From a virus (lineage: Duplodnaviria; Caudoviricetes): DNA of 64,000 bases. Both the position numbers and the translations under genes were made by a program. Location of the stretch: the IMG/VR virus record IMGVR_UViG_3300025133_000020; one strand, 5' to 3'. The notes under the pieces are model-generated. The model saw only the letters and a program-made list of their open reading frames with translations, had not been told where the DNA came from and ran no database searches. Of the stretch, positions 18,467-26,559 are shown one piece after another (the stretch's first letter is position 1; each line of letters starts with the position of its first letter).

Positions 18467-19090
18467 ATGATACTTGGGAGAATCATATCTGATACTGAAA
18501 TCGAGGTGGGAGACCACTTCGAATGTGTTACTGATGCTACTGATGCGACCATGGAACCAACAATTCCTACCATATACATTGGGATGACCAAGACCAATGA
18601 GTTACTTGATGGTAGGTTTGATATTGATTTAGACATATTGACCAGACGAATAAGTGATACTGAATTCTGGACGTTCACCAGAAAGGAACAACGAACTATT
18701 CACGCTAATGACCTTATGGACTTCAAAACCTACTGTTTCAATAGGTTGGTTGAGAACGTTAAATACGAGTTTATTGACCCATTACTATTATCGGATGAGG
18801 AACACACCAGAGCCTTTAGTAAGATTAAAGATTTCGGCATTAAGGTGACCTATATTGCTGGTGATATGGTTTACATCTACAATGGATTGGTAACATATGG
18901 TATTAATTTGATGTTCTACCAATACATGGGTGCCGATAGAACCAAACTATTAAAGAGAATTGAGAGGATTTCTTCAGTCGTTCTTGACACGGAGAAGATA
19001 CTTATAGAATATAACGATTTTATGGAAGAGTACAACAATGATAAGATGTACATTCCGTATCTATATTCTATAATTAACGATGCCCCTTAG
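18467..19090 (+). CDS. Hypothetical protein
   Basis: 207-aa ORF starting 4 nt after the TATATTCG box. Confidence 0.7.
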   Translation: MILGRIISDTEIEVGDHFECVTDATDATMEPTIPTIYIGMTKTNELLDGRFDIDLDILTRRISDTEFWTFTRKEQRTIHANDLMDFKTYCFNRLVENVKYEFIDPLLLSDEEHTRAFSKIKDFGIKVTYIAGDMVYIYNGLVTYGINLMFYQYMGADRTKLLKRIERISSVVLDTEKILIEYNDFMEEYNNDKMYIPYLYSIINDAP

Positions 19091-19484
19091 ACACATACTT
19101 TTAGCTTCATTTATAGCCTCAGATAGGGCAGAATGGTACTATGGGTATATGGAAGGGAAGCACGATATCAAAGCACGAGAGATTTTCAAGTATCGACAGA
19201 TAGAAGACCCAGATACCTTTATCTTTACCTTCAGATTCACGATTGATACCAACGATAATCTCAACTTCGGTAAGATGTTTCCAAACGCTATGTTGATTCA
19301 TAAAAAGGGTGATGCGTTATATACTATTAATGGACTCAATTTATTGATAGATGAGGAAAATGTTGACGGTATCGGAAACCTTAATCACAGTGATATTAAG
19401 ATAGATTGGTCTAAGTATCAGAACCGAATGATACTGGCAGATGGAGAAAATCTAGCTATAAATGAGATAGAACGCATATTTTAG
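19080..19484 (+). CDS. Conserved phage hypothetical protein
   Basis: 134 aa overlapping the upstream stop; IHKKGDALYTINGLN...IDWSKYQN motif resembles a hypothetical family common in large phages. Confidence 0.7.
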   Translation: MPLRHILLASFIASDRAEWYYGYMEGKHDIKAREIFKYRQIEDPDTFIFTFRFTIDTNDNLNFGKMFPNAMLIHKKGDALYTINGLNLLIDEENVDGIGNLNHSDIKIDWSKYQNRMILADGENLAINEIERIF

Positions 19485-19535
19485 CTAAGTTTCTGATATT
19501 TATTACTATATAACACGAACAAAAAATAGATTATC

Positions 19536-19718
19536 ATGAAAGATGAACTAATAAATAAAGACCTAGACAAGAAGCTTGACGACTTCTTAGGAGAGGATAA
19601 GGAAAATGAAACCATCGAATGTAAAGACGATGTGTGCATTATCAAGAACGATAAGAGTATCGTTGAAAGAGAACACAAGAAAGTAATTACCCAAGATGGG
19701 AGACAACTATTAATGTAA
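19536..19718 (+). CDS. Small hypothetical protein
   Basis: 60 aa, preceded by TATTTAT (19497-19503) and an A-rich leader; ends KVITQDGRQLLM. Confidence 0.7.
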   Translation: MKDELINKDLDKKLDDFLGEDKENETIECKDDVCIIKNDKSIVEREHKKVITQDGRQLLM

Positions 19719-19726
19719 TCAAACCG

Positions 19727-20479
19727 ATGACTGAGAAAAAAGACTTAGAGAAATTACTTAAGGAAGAAGCGAAGCGAATGGTAAATATCGTTGAGTATAC
19801 ATTCCATGGTATTGTTGATGAAGATGACGAAGAGCCAGCCGACATGGAAGGTGAACCAGAACTTGATGGTGGTGAAGATTTAGGTGGTGAAGAAGGTACA
19901 GGAGATGAAGAGCTTGATGGTGAAATCGGTGACTTAGAAGATGAGTTAGGTTTGGGAGACGAGCCAGCACCAGAGGATGATTTTGGTGGTGAGGAACCAG
20001 CAATGGATGAACCAGATATTAGTATGGATGAACCAGTCGAAGATGAGGTTGAATTGGATGTAACGGAATTGGTTACCAGTACTGAAGAAGCTAAAGAATC
20101 ATCTGACGCAGCAAACGCTAAATTGGAAGACCTTATTAACGGTTTTGCCCAACTACAGGGTCAATTAGGTGCTATGCAACAAACTAGCGCTAAGATTGAT
20201 GAGCTTGGTAATAAAGTAACCGAATTGGAACACGATATCGAAAGACGTAACCCAACTCCAGAGGAACAAATTGAAATGCGTTCACTTGATTCATATCCAT
20301 ATAACCTTAAACTTACAGATTACTGGTCTGACAAAGAAGATAAATTGGACATTCCTTCATCTGAACAAGATGGTGGGACAAAAGAATATACATTGACCAA
20401 ACAAGACGTTGATGACTATTCACCGTCAGATATCAAAAAAAGTTTTAACCAATTTGATGAAGACGAGGTGGATTACTAA
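19727..20479 (+). CDS. Acidic coiled-coil protein (possible scaffold/head-associated)
   Basis: 250 aa; very Asp/Glu/Gly-rich centre, coiled coil, and C-terminal PTPEEQIEMRSLDSYPYNLKLTDYW. Confidence 0.7.
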   Translation: MTEKKDLEKLLKEEAKRMVNIVEYTFHGIVDEDDEEPADMEGEPELDGGEDLGGEEGTGDEELDGEIGDLEDELGLGDEPAPEDDFGGEEPAMDEPDISMDEPVEDEVELDVTELVTSTEEAKESSDAANAKLEDLINGFAQLQGQLGAMQQTSAKIDELGNKVTELEHDIERRNPTPEEQIEMRSLDSYPYNLKLTDYWSDKEDKLDIPSSEQDGGTKEYTLTKQDVDDYSPSDIKKSFNQFDEDEVDY

Positions 20480-20502
20480 GTAATCAGCATAACATAGCAT
20501 AG

Positions 20503-20532
20503 AAAAAAAAAGTGAGATTTTCTCACTTTTTT
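20503..20532 (+). terminator. Rho-independent terminator (symmetric)
   Basis: AAAAAAGTGAGA-TTT-TCTCACTTTTTT. Confidence 0.75.
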
Positions 20533-20543
20533 CGTTTTAGGGG

Positions 20544-20574
20544 TTGACAAGTCGGAAATTTAGTAGTATATTTG
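20544..20574 (+). promoter_or_regulatory. Host-type promoter TTGACA-N17-TATATTTG upstream of SSB
   Basis: Perfect TAnnTTTG -7 box, with TTG 20 nt upstream. Confidence 0.75.
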
Positions 20575-20668
20575 TATCAGTTAATCCAACAACAATTATG
20601 ATGGATTTCGACAAGAAAAAAAGGTTAAAAAAGTGACGACTTTTAGGTCTTTTTGGGTGGTAGAATGA

Positions 20669-20676
20669 TATTTATA
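20669..20676 (+). promoter_or_regulatory. TATTTATA motif, second promoter for SSB
   Basis: Exact motif upstream of the AACAA-rich leader. Confidence 0.6.
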
Positions 20677-20744
20677 TATGTTCGAACAAAGATTAACAAA
20701 ACAACTAACAAAGTAACAAATTAAACAAAAACAATTAAACAACA

Positions 20745-21722
20745 ATGAGTAATTTAGATGCAATTTTAAACCAGTACGAGAAGTCTACCGCACAGAACAC
20801 GAATTCAGGCGGCAAAACGTTCAACTTAAACAACTACTTCACAACATTCCTACAAAAAGGGGTTAACACAGCCACAAGAACTATCCGATTATTGCCATCA
20901 GCTACGGAAGGTGAATCACCTTTTATTGAGATGTATGGACACAACTATCAGCTTGCTGATGGGAGTTGGAAAACGTTCGCATGTTTGAAGCATGAGAATG
21001 ATGAGGATTGTCCATTTTGTGATACCAGAGCAGGGTTACTTGCAGATGGTACAGAAGACGCTAAGGAAGCAGCGAAAAAGTTCCGACCAAGAAAATTTTA
21101 CATCTGCAAGGTTATTGACCGAGAGAATGAAGACCATGGGGTTAAGTTCTGGAGATTCCGTGACAACTGGCAGAAGCAAGGTACGCTTGACAAGATTGTT
21201 AACGTAATGAAGCTTGTAGAAGGTGACATGTCTGATGCTACGGCAGAGCATGGTCAAGACTTGGTAATCGATATCGCAAGAAATTCTAACCAAGTACCTA
21301 TCGTACAATCAATCCTACCTGCAAACGGTAAGAGTAGATTGTCTGAGGATGCGGCTCTTGAAAAAGAGTGGTTGGATGATAAGTCCGTATGGAAAGAAGT
21401 TTATAGCGTAAAGCCATATGCTTATCTTGAAATCGTAATCAAAGGTGGAATCCCTACTTACGACAAAGTAAACGAGTGCTGGGTTGATAAAGACACCCTA
21501 GAAGCGGATACCACTAAGGCTCCGAGCACTTCTGAGAGTTTAGATAGCGAATTAGCAGTGGGTAACGCTAATACAGGTTTAGTAGCCGAAACAACAACCC
21601 CAGTTGCAGAAACACCTGTGAAGACTGAAGCAATAGCTGAAGTTCCAGCAAGTGAGCCAGAGTTGGCGACTGCAACCACAACAACTACTACTGACGATGA
21701 GGATGACGACATGCCATTCTAA
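20745..21722 (+). CDS. Single-stranded DNA-binding protein (T4 gp32-like)
   Basis: TIRLLP, Zn ligands CLKH...CPFC, RKFYICKVIDR, GVKFWRF and an acidic tail ending DDEDDDMPF. Confidence 0.88.
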   Translation: MSNLDAILNQYEKSTAQNTNSGGKTFNLNNYFTTFLQKGVNTATRTIRLLPSATEGESPFIEMYGHNYQLADGSWKTFACLKHENDEDCPFCDTRAGLLADGTEDAKEAAKKFRPRKFYICKVIDRENEDHGVKFWRFRDNWQKQGTLDKIVNVMKLVEGDMSDATAEHGQDLVIDIARNSNQVPIVQSILPANGKSRLSEDAALEKEWLDDKSVWKEVYSVKPYAYLEIVIKGGIPTYDKVNECWVDKDTLEADTTKAPSTSESLDSELAVGNANTGLVAETTTPVAETPVKTEAIAEVPASEPELATATTTTTTDDEDDDMPF

Positions 21723-21742
21723 GTAGTAACAACAAGGATGAA

Positions 21743-21772
21743 AAGAAAGTGGCTTCGTGCCACTTCTTTTTT
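21743..21772 (+). terminator. Rho-independent terminator after SSB
   Basis: AAGTGGC-TTCGT-GCCACTT followed by CTTTTTT. Confidence 0.75.
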
Positions 21773-21776
21773 ACCC

Positions 21777-21784
21777 TATTTATA
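21777..21784 (+). promoter_or_regulatory. TATTTATA motif upstream of recombinase
   Basis: Exact motif immediately after the terminator. Confidence 0.6.
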
Positions 21785-21809
21785 ATAACGACAAACAAAC
21801 ACAACAACA

Positions 21810-22925
21810 ATGGCAAAACGACCAAAGAAAAATAGCGGGTCAGGAAATACCGCTAACCAAACCTTCGATTTAGATGCGTTTTTAGCTGATGAGAATATAT
21901 CATCAGAACCTCAAGATAAAGACCTTACATGGGTACCACTATCAAAAGCGTGGCACGATGCTATTAAACTTCCTGGATTTCCAAGAGGTTATGTTAGTTT
22001 AGTAAGGGGTTATTCCAACACAGGTAAATCAACCGCTTTCTATGAAGCCATTTCTGGCGCACAGAAGATTGGTGATATTCCAGTAGTGATGGAAACTGAA
22101 GGTAACTGGAGTTGGGAGCATGCCGAACAATGTGGGGTTCAATTCACAGAGATTGTTAATAAGGATACTGGTGAGATAACCAGAAAACCAAAAGGTTTCA
22201 TCTTAATGCGTGGTAAGGACTTCTACGAGAAGTATAAACTATACGACCATAAAGATAGTAAGTGGGCTAAGAAGCCTACACGAAGAGAGCCTGTTATTGA
22301 GGACGTATCATTCTTTATGGGTGAGATGTTAGATAAGCAAGCGGAAGGTAAACTTCCACACAACCTATGTTTCCTATGGGATTCAATAGGTACACTGAAC
22401 TGTTATAAGTCAGCCACATCCAATACCAGTAACAACATGTGGAATGCTGGTGCCATGGGTGTATTCCAATCATTGGTTAACTATAAGATTCCTTCAAGTA
22501 GGGATATTACTTCACCATTCACTAATACATTTATCTCCGTACAGAAGATTTGGTTGGATAGTATGAACGGTACTGTTATACGACATAGAGGTGGTGACTT
22601 CATGTTCTATAATTCAAGACTGATTGTACACTTGGGTGGAATCCTTACACACGGTACGCATAAATTGCATGCTGAGTCGCTAGGTCAAAAGTTCCAATAT
22701 GGTACCAGATGTGATATCAAATGTGAGAAGAACCACATTACAGGTATCGAAAGAAAAGGTAAGATTGCCTCAACACCACATGGTTATATAAACCCTGATG
22801 AAGAAGCTCAATATAAAGCTAAACACAGAGCGTTTATTCATGCCGCTATGAACGTACCTTATGATGCTGTAGTTGACTACAGTGAAATAGAAGGTGAGTT
22901 AGAGGCTGAGGACAAAAAAGGATAG
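21810..22925 (+). CDS. recA: RecA/UvsX-like recombinase
   Basis: Walker A GYSNTGKS, Walker B FLWDSIG, GGDFMFYNSRL and KCEKNHITG, following the SSB gene. Confidence 0.85.
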   Translation: MAKRPKKNSGSGNTANQTFDLDAFLADENISSEPQDKDLTWVPLSKAWHDAIKLPGFPRGYVSLVRGYSNTGKSTAFYEAISGAQKIGDIPVVMETEGNWSWEHAEQCGVQFTEIVNKDTGEITRKPKGFILMRGKDFYEKYKLYDHKDSKWAKKPTRREPVIEDVSFFMGEMLDKQAEGKLPHNLCFLWDSIGTLNCYKSATSNTSNNMWNAGAMGVFQSLVNYKIPSSRDITSPFTNTFISVQKIWLDSMNGTVIRHRGGDFMFYNSRLIVHLGGILTHGTHKLHAESLGQKFQYGTRCDIKCEKNHITGIERKGKIASTPHGYINPDEEAQYKAKHRAFIHAAMNVPYDAVVDYSEIEGELEAEDKKG

Positions 22926-22959
22926 GAAAAAGAGTTATTAACCGCATAATTAAAATGCG

Positions 22960-24021
22960 ATGCCTAAGTTACCACCCAAGAAGGGTGTCCGTATAGACAG
23001 AATTAATACGTTGCTAATCGATGGTAATGCCTTGTTCAAACGAGGTTACCACGGTAGCCATAACGCTTACAATAAAAATCGTGAGCATGTTGGTGGCATC
23101 TATCAATTCGTTACGGTACTTAGAATGTTACTCAAAGAGAACGTATTCCATAGAGTGTACGTTACTTGGGATGGTAGATTCAGTGGTAAATTAAGGTGGG
23201 AATTATACAAGGATTACAAGTCTGGTCGAGGTAAGAATTACATCGAAGGAACAGAGCCAGACGATGTGAACGAGAAGCTTCAACAGTTTAAAGTGAAGCA
23301 ATATCTCTATCACTTATCAATCCGACAAGTTGAAGATAAGGTAGTCGAAGCCGATGACTACATAGCTTATTATACCAACAACAAAGAAGACAATGAGGAC
23401 ATCACTATTTGCACCAGTGATAGAGACCTATGTCAACTAATTAACGAAGACGTTAAGATATGGTTATTGGATAAGAAGGAATATGTTACGCTTGAGAATT
23501 ATAACACATTCTTCGAACATCACCAAAGTAATGTAGCTTTGATAAAGCAAATAGCGGGTGATAATTCCGATAGTATTGTGGGTATTAAGAGGATTAAAGA
23601 GCCTACGTTATTAACCCACTTTCCAATGCTTAAGGAGAAGAAATGTTCGTTATTGGAAATTCTGGAAGAGGCGCTACGAATGCAAGAACTTAGAATTACT
23701 GAAAAGAAGAAGCCGTTAATCGCTCTCACCAACATATTAACTGCCACTACTGATGGTATACAAGGTGATAGGATATACGAAATTAATAGAAAATTGGTCG
23801 ACTTGACAACTCCCTTGATGACCGATTCTAGTGTTCAACATCTGTATGATGTGATTGACACACCACTAAGCACAGACCGTAACCTTAAAGAGGTTTACAA
23901 GATGCTTAAGAGAGATGGGGTTGACGATATGATTCTTGAGTATCGTATGACAGATTACTTCTTACCCTTCAAAAAACTAATAGATAGGGAAAGAAGAATG
24001 AGTAAACAACAAACAGCATGA
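22960..24021 (+). CDS. 5'-3' exonuclease / RNase H (Pol I N-terminal, FEN family)
   Basis: LLIDGNAL, VTWDG, YKSGR, VEADDYIAY, TSDRDLCQL, H3TH motif IAGDNSDSIVGIKRI. Confidence 0.9.
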   Translation: MPKLPPKKGVRIDRINTLLIDGNALFKRGYHGSHNAYNKNREHVGGIYQFVTVLRMLLKENVFHRVYVTWDGRFSGKLRWELYKDYKSGRGKNYIEGTEPDDVNEKLQQFKVKQYLYHLSIRQVEDKVVEADDYIAYYTNNKEDNEDITICTSDRDLCQLINEDVKIWLLDKKEYVTLENYNTFFEHHQSNVALIKQIAGDNSDSIVGIKRIKEPTLLTHFPMLKEKKCSLLEILEEALRMQELRITEKKKPLIALTNILTATTDGIQGDRIYEINRKLVDLTTPLMTDSSVQHLYDVIDTPLSTDRNLKEVYKMLKRDGVDDMILEYRMTDYFLPFKKLIDRERRMSKQQTA

Positions 24022-24497
24022 CAACAGAAACAAAAACTAACACGACAAGAGAAAGGGTCAATGACGACAATAGGTTCGAGTTTAATCTAACGATTAACGA
24101 TAACCTGATATGTCAAAGATTCTTCGCTATCAACTACTTCAAAAAGAAGAATATGCGTTTGGACAACGTAAAACCTTTGATGGATAGTTTGGTAGGGATG
24201 AACATCGACAAGTATGGTCGACATGGTATGATACCAACCTATCTTAGAGATAGGTCTAATGACTACCTATGGGGTAATTACCGATATTATGATGTGCAGA
24301 CTCCAGAGCAGATTGATAGGAGAAATGTATTTGAGAATGAAGATATAATAGGCTTCGAAATACGTTTTGATGATAAATTGGTTGCTAAGAGCGCTTTCAG
24401 TGGAAATTATTTCCCACCAAAGGTTCGATATAATATCGATATCAGAGGTATGATTCCTCAAATATTACATGAGATAAGGAAATCCTTCTCTCAATAG
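24018..24497 (+). CDS. Conserved phage hypothetical protein
   Basis: 159 aa with ATGA overlap; LTINDNLICQRFF and FSGNYFPPKVRYNIDIR. Confidence 0.7.
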   Translation: MTTETKTNTTRERVNDDNRFEFNLTINDNLICQRFFAINYFKKKNMRLDNVKPLMDSLVGMNIDKYGRHGMIPTYLRDRSNDYLWGNYRYYDVQTPEQIDRRNVFENEDIIGFEIRFDDKLVAKSAFSGNYFPPKVRYNIDIRGMIPQILHEIRKSFSQ

Positions 24498-24526
24498 AAT
24501 AATGGCTACTAAACAAACAACAATAG

Positions 24527-26011
24527 ATGACAAAACAGAAAGATGGGTTCAACTACCTTGGATTGGAATTCCAAGAGAGATTACTAAAACAATTCTTAGA
24601 GGATAGAAAGTTCACTGAGCGTATAGTCGATATCATCGACCCTAATTACTTCACAGATGACCACTTAAGACTTATTGCGGTTACGATTAAGAATGCTCAC
24701 GAGCAACATGAGGCTATACCTGATGTTGGTAGTTTGAAAATGCGTATCAGCGCTAAGGTGGGGAGTGAGAGTACGCAGAAGATTATAATAGGTCAGATTG
24801 ACCGTGTAGTAGGCGCCAATGAAAATGATGCTCTATTCGTTCAGGATATGGCAGTTAAGTTCTGTAAACAACAGGAGTTAGTAAAGTCGGTAAGAGATAT
24901 TCAGAAGATTATTGATAGAGGTGATTTGGAAGATTATGACCAATGTGCTGACCTTATTAGACGAGCGTTGGAAGCTGGAGATTTAACTGAGGATGATACA
25001 AATGTGTTAGATGGGTTGGCAGAAGTGTTGTCAGCAGACTACAGGAAGCCCATATCTACGGGTATACTGGGACTTGACGAGTTAATGGATGGTGGACTAT
25101 CCAGAGGTGAGTTAGGTCTTATACTGGCTCCGTTTGGCGTTGGGAAGACCACAATGATTACCAAATTGGCTTCTGCGGCTAAAGAAGGTGGTAATAACGT
25201 ACTTCAGATTATTTTTGAGGATAACCCTAAAGTAATCAAGCGTAAGCACTTATCATGTTGGACTAAGATACCACTGAACGAGTTAGCTGATGAGCAATGG
25301 CGACCAAGACTGGAAGAGGAAATTAAGAGGCAGACCGAAAGTAAGGGTACTATCTTGATTAAGAAGTTCTCAAGTGATGGTATTACCATTCCTAAGATAC
25401 GTCAATATATCAAGAAGAAGATTTCACAAGGCTTCAGACCTGATATGATATTATTGGATTACATTGATTGCGTTCAACCATCCAAGGAGTTCAAGGATGT
25501 GTATGCTGGTGAGGGTAACGTGATGAGACAATATGAAACGTTATTGAGTGATTTCGATGTTGCTGGGTGGACTGCGGTTCAAGGTAATAGAAGCTCTATC
25601 GGTGCCGAAGTAGTTGAAGCTGACCAAATGGGTGGCTCAATCAAGAAAGGACAGATAGGTCACTTCATTGTGAGTATAGCAAAAACTAATATTCAGAAAG
25701 AAACGGGCACAGCAACTATGGCAATCCTTAAATCTAGGTTTGGTAAGGATGGTATCATATTCCACGATATTACGTTTGATAACGCCACTATTCAAATTGA
25801 CGTTACTAAAAATAATAGTGGTCAGTCATTCATGCAAAATAACGTAGAAAAAGCTGCCGATGCTCAAGATAAAATCAGTGCTGTTATGACAGCCGTTAGC
25901 GATAGGAAAAGAGAAGAGGATAGAGTGAAGATGGAAGAGGATAGGGTGAAGATGAGGGCTGACGAAAATAATATTGGGGTTGACCAACCTGAGACTGAGG
26001 ACGTTACATAA
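24527..26011 (+). CDS. dnaB: Replicative DNA helicase, DnaB/gp41-like
   Basis: ISTGILGLDELMDGGL, Walker A APFGVGKT, ILLDYID, WTAVQGNR and LKSRFG. Confidence 0.93.
   Translation: MTKQKDGFNYLGLEFQERLLKQFLEDRKFTERIVDIIDPNYFTDDHLRLIAVTIKNAHEQHEAIPDVGSLKMRISAKVGSESTQKIIIGQIDRVVGANENDALFVQDMAVKFCKQQELVKSVRDIQKIIDRGDLEDYDQCADLIRRALEAGDLTEDDTNVLDGLAEVLSADYRKPISTGILGLDELMDGGLSRGELGLILAPFGVGKTTMITKLASAAKEGGNNVLQIIFEDNPKVIKRKHLSCWTKIPLNELADEQWRPRLEEEIKRQTESKGTILIKKFSSDGITIPKIRQYIKKKISQGFRPDMILLDYIDCVQPSKEFKDVYAGEGNVMRQYETLLSDFDVAGWTAVQGNRSSIGAEVVEADQMGGSIKKGQIGHFIVSIAKTNIQKETGTATMAILKSRFGKDGIIFHDITFDNATIQIDVTKNNSGQSFMQNNVEKAADAQDKISAVMTAVSDRKREEDRVKMEEDRVKMRADENNIGVDQPETEDVT
25913..25954 (+). repeat. 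21-bp tandem duplication (EEDRVKM x2) in helicase C-terminal tail
   Basis: GAAGAGGATAGAGTGAAGATG / GAAGAGGATAGGGTGAAGATG. Confidence 0.9.
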
Positions 26012-26022
26012 GATAGGAAAAT

Positions 26023-26058
26023 AATGGGGTGGTTTAATGTCGAGCCACCCTATTTATA
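26023..26058 (+). terminator. Hairpin/terminator after helicase overlapping a TATTTATA motif
   Basis: AATGGGGTGGTTT...GAGCCACCCTATT imperfect stem; its 3' arm runs into TATTTATA (26051-26058). Confidence 0.5.
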
Positions 26059-26074
26059 TTAAAGACATTCAAAA

Positions 26075-26461
26075 GTGGCACAAGGCAAATATATAAATAT
26101 CGATTATCCGTTTAAGGATAGTGACAAGGGGTTTTTACTGCAACTGAACGATACAGATTCAGGGGCGATTAAAGCTGACTTAATGCACTTAATTCTGACC
26201 CAGAAGGGTCAACGGTTATATATGCCTGATTTTGGTACTGATTTAATGAAGTATATTTTTGAACCTAACGATGCTAAAACATTATCGGAGATAAAATTGG
26301 ATATTCAACAAACTGTAAAAAAGTACATTCCCAACCTTACTGTTAACGAGGTTGAGGTCAATCAAGAAACCAATAACGAACACAAAGCTACTATAAGAAT
26401 CGATTATACAATCACCGAAGATGTCTTCGTTGAAACAGACTTTGTGGTCATAAATATTTAA
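26075..26461 (+). CDS. Baseplate wedge subunit, gp25/GpW-like
   Basis: YINIDYPF, IKADLMHLILTQKGQRLYMPDFGTDL and YIFEPND are typical gp25-family motifs; GTG start. Confidence 0.9.
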   Translation: MAQGKYINIDYPFKDSDKGFLLQLNDTDSGAIKADLMHLILTQKGQRLYMPDFGTDLMKYIFEPNDAKTLSEIKLDIQQTVKKYIPNLTVNEVEVNQETNNEHKATIRIDYTITEDVFVETDFVVINI

Positions 26462-26559
26462 GTAAAAACCCTATATCTCTTTGATATAGCTATGTCTTAT
26501 TGTTTCCACTAAGTCCATTAAATTAGAAAGTTAAAAAAGTTAAAAAAATAGAATTAAAC

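Noticed and set aside
24502-24606. 34-codon ORF (MATKQTTIDD...) overlapping the helicase start out of frame
   Set aside because: It is short with no family match; the helicase has its own ATG directly after an in-frame TAG, so no frameshift is needed.
25913-25954. Short coding tandem repeats (also 4387-4422 and 59257-59400) as regulatory or contingency loci
   Set aside because: All are in-frame multiples of 3 in linker or tail regions and would not switch expression.
26468-26489. Palindrome CTATATC-TCTTT-GATATAG upstream of RNR as an NrdR box
   Set aside because: It matches only the first half of the NrdR consensus and lacks the conserved 3' G; it cannot be told from a chance AT-rich hairpin.
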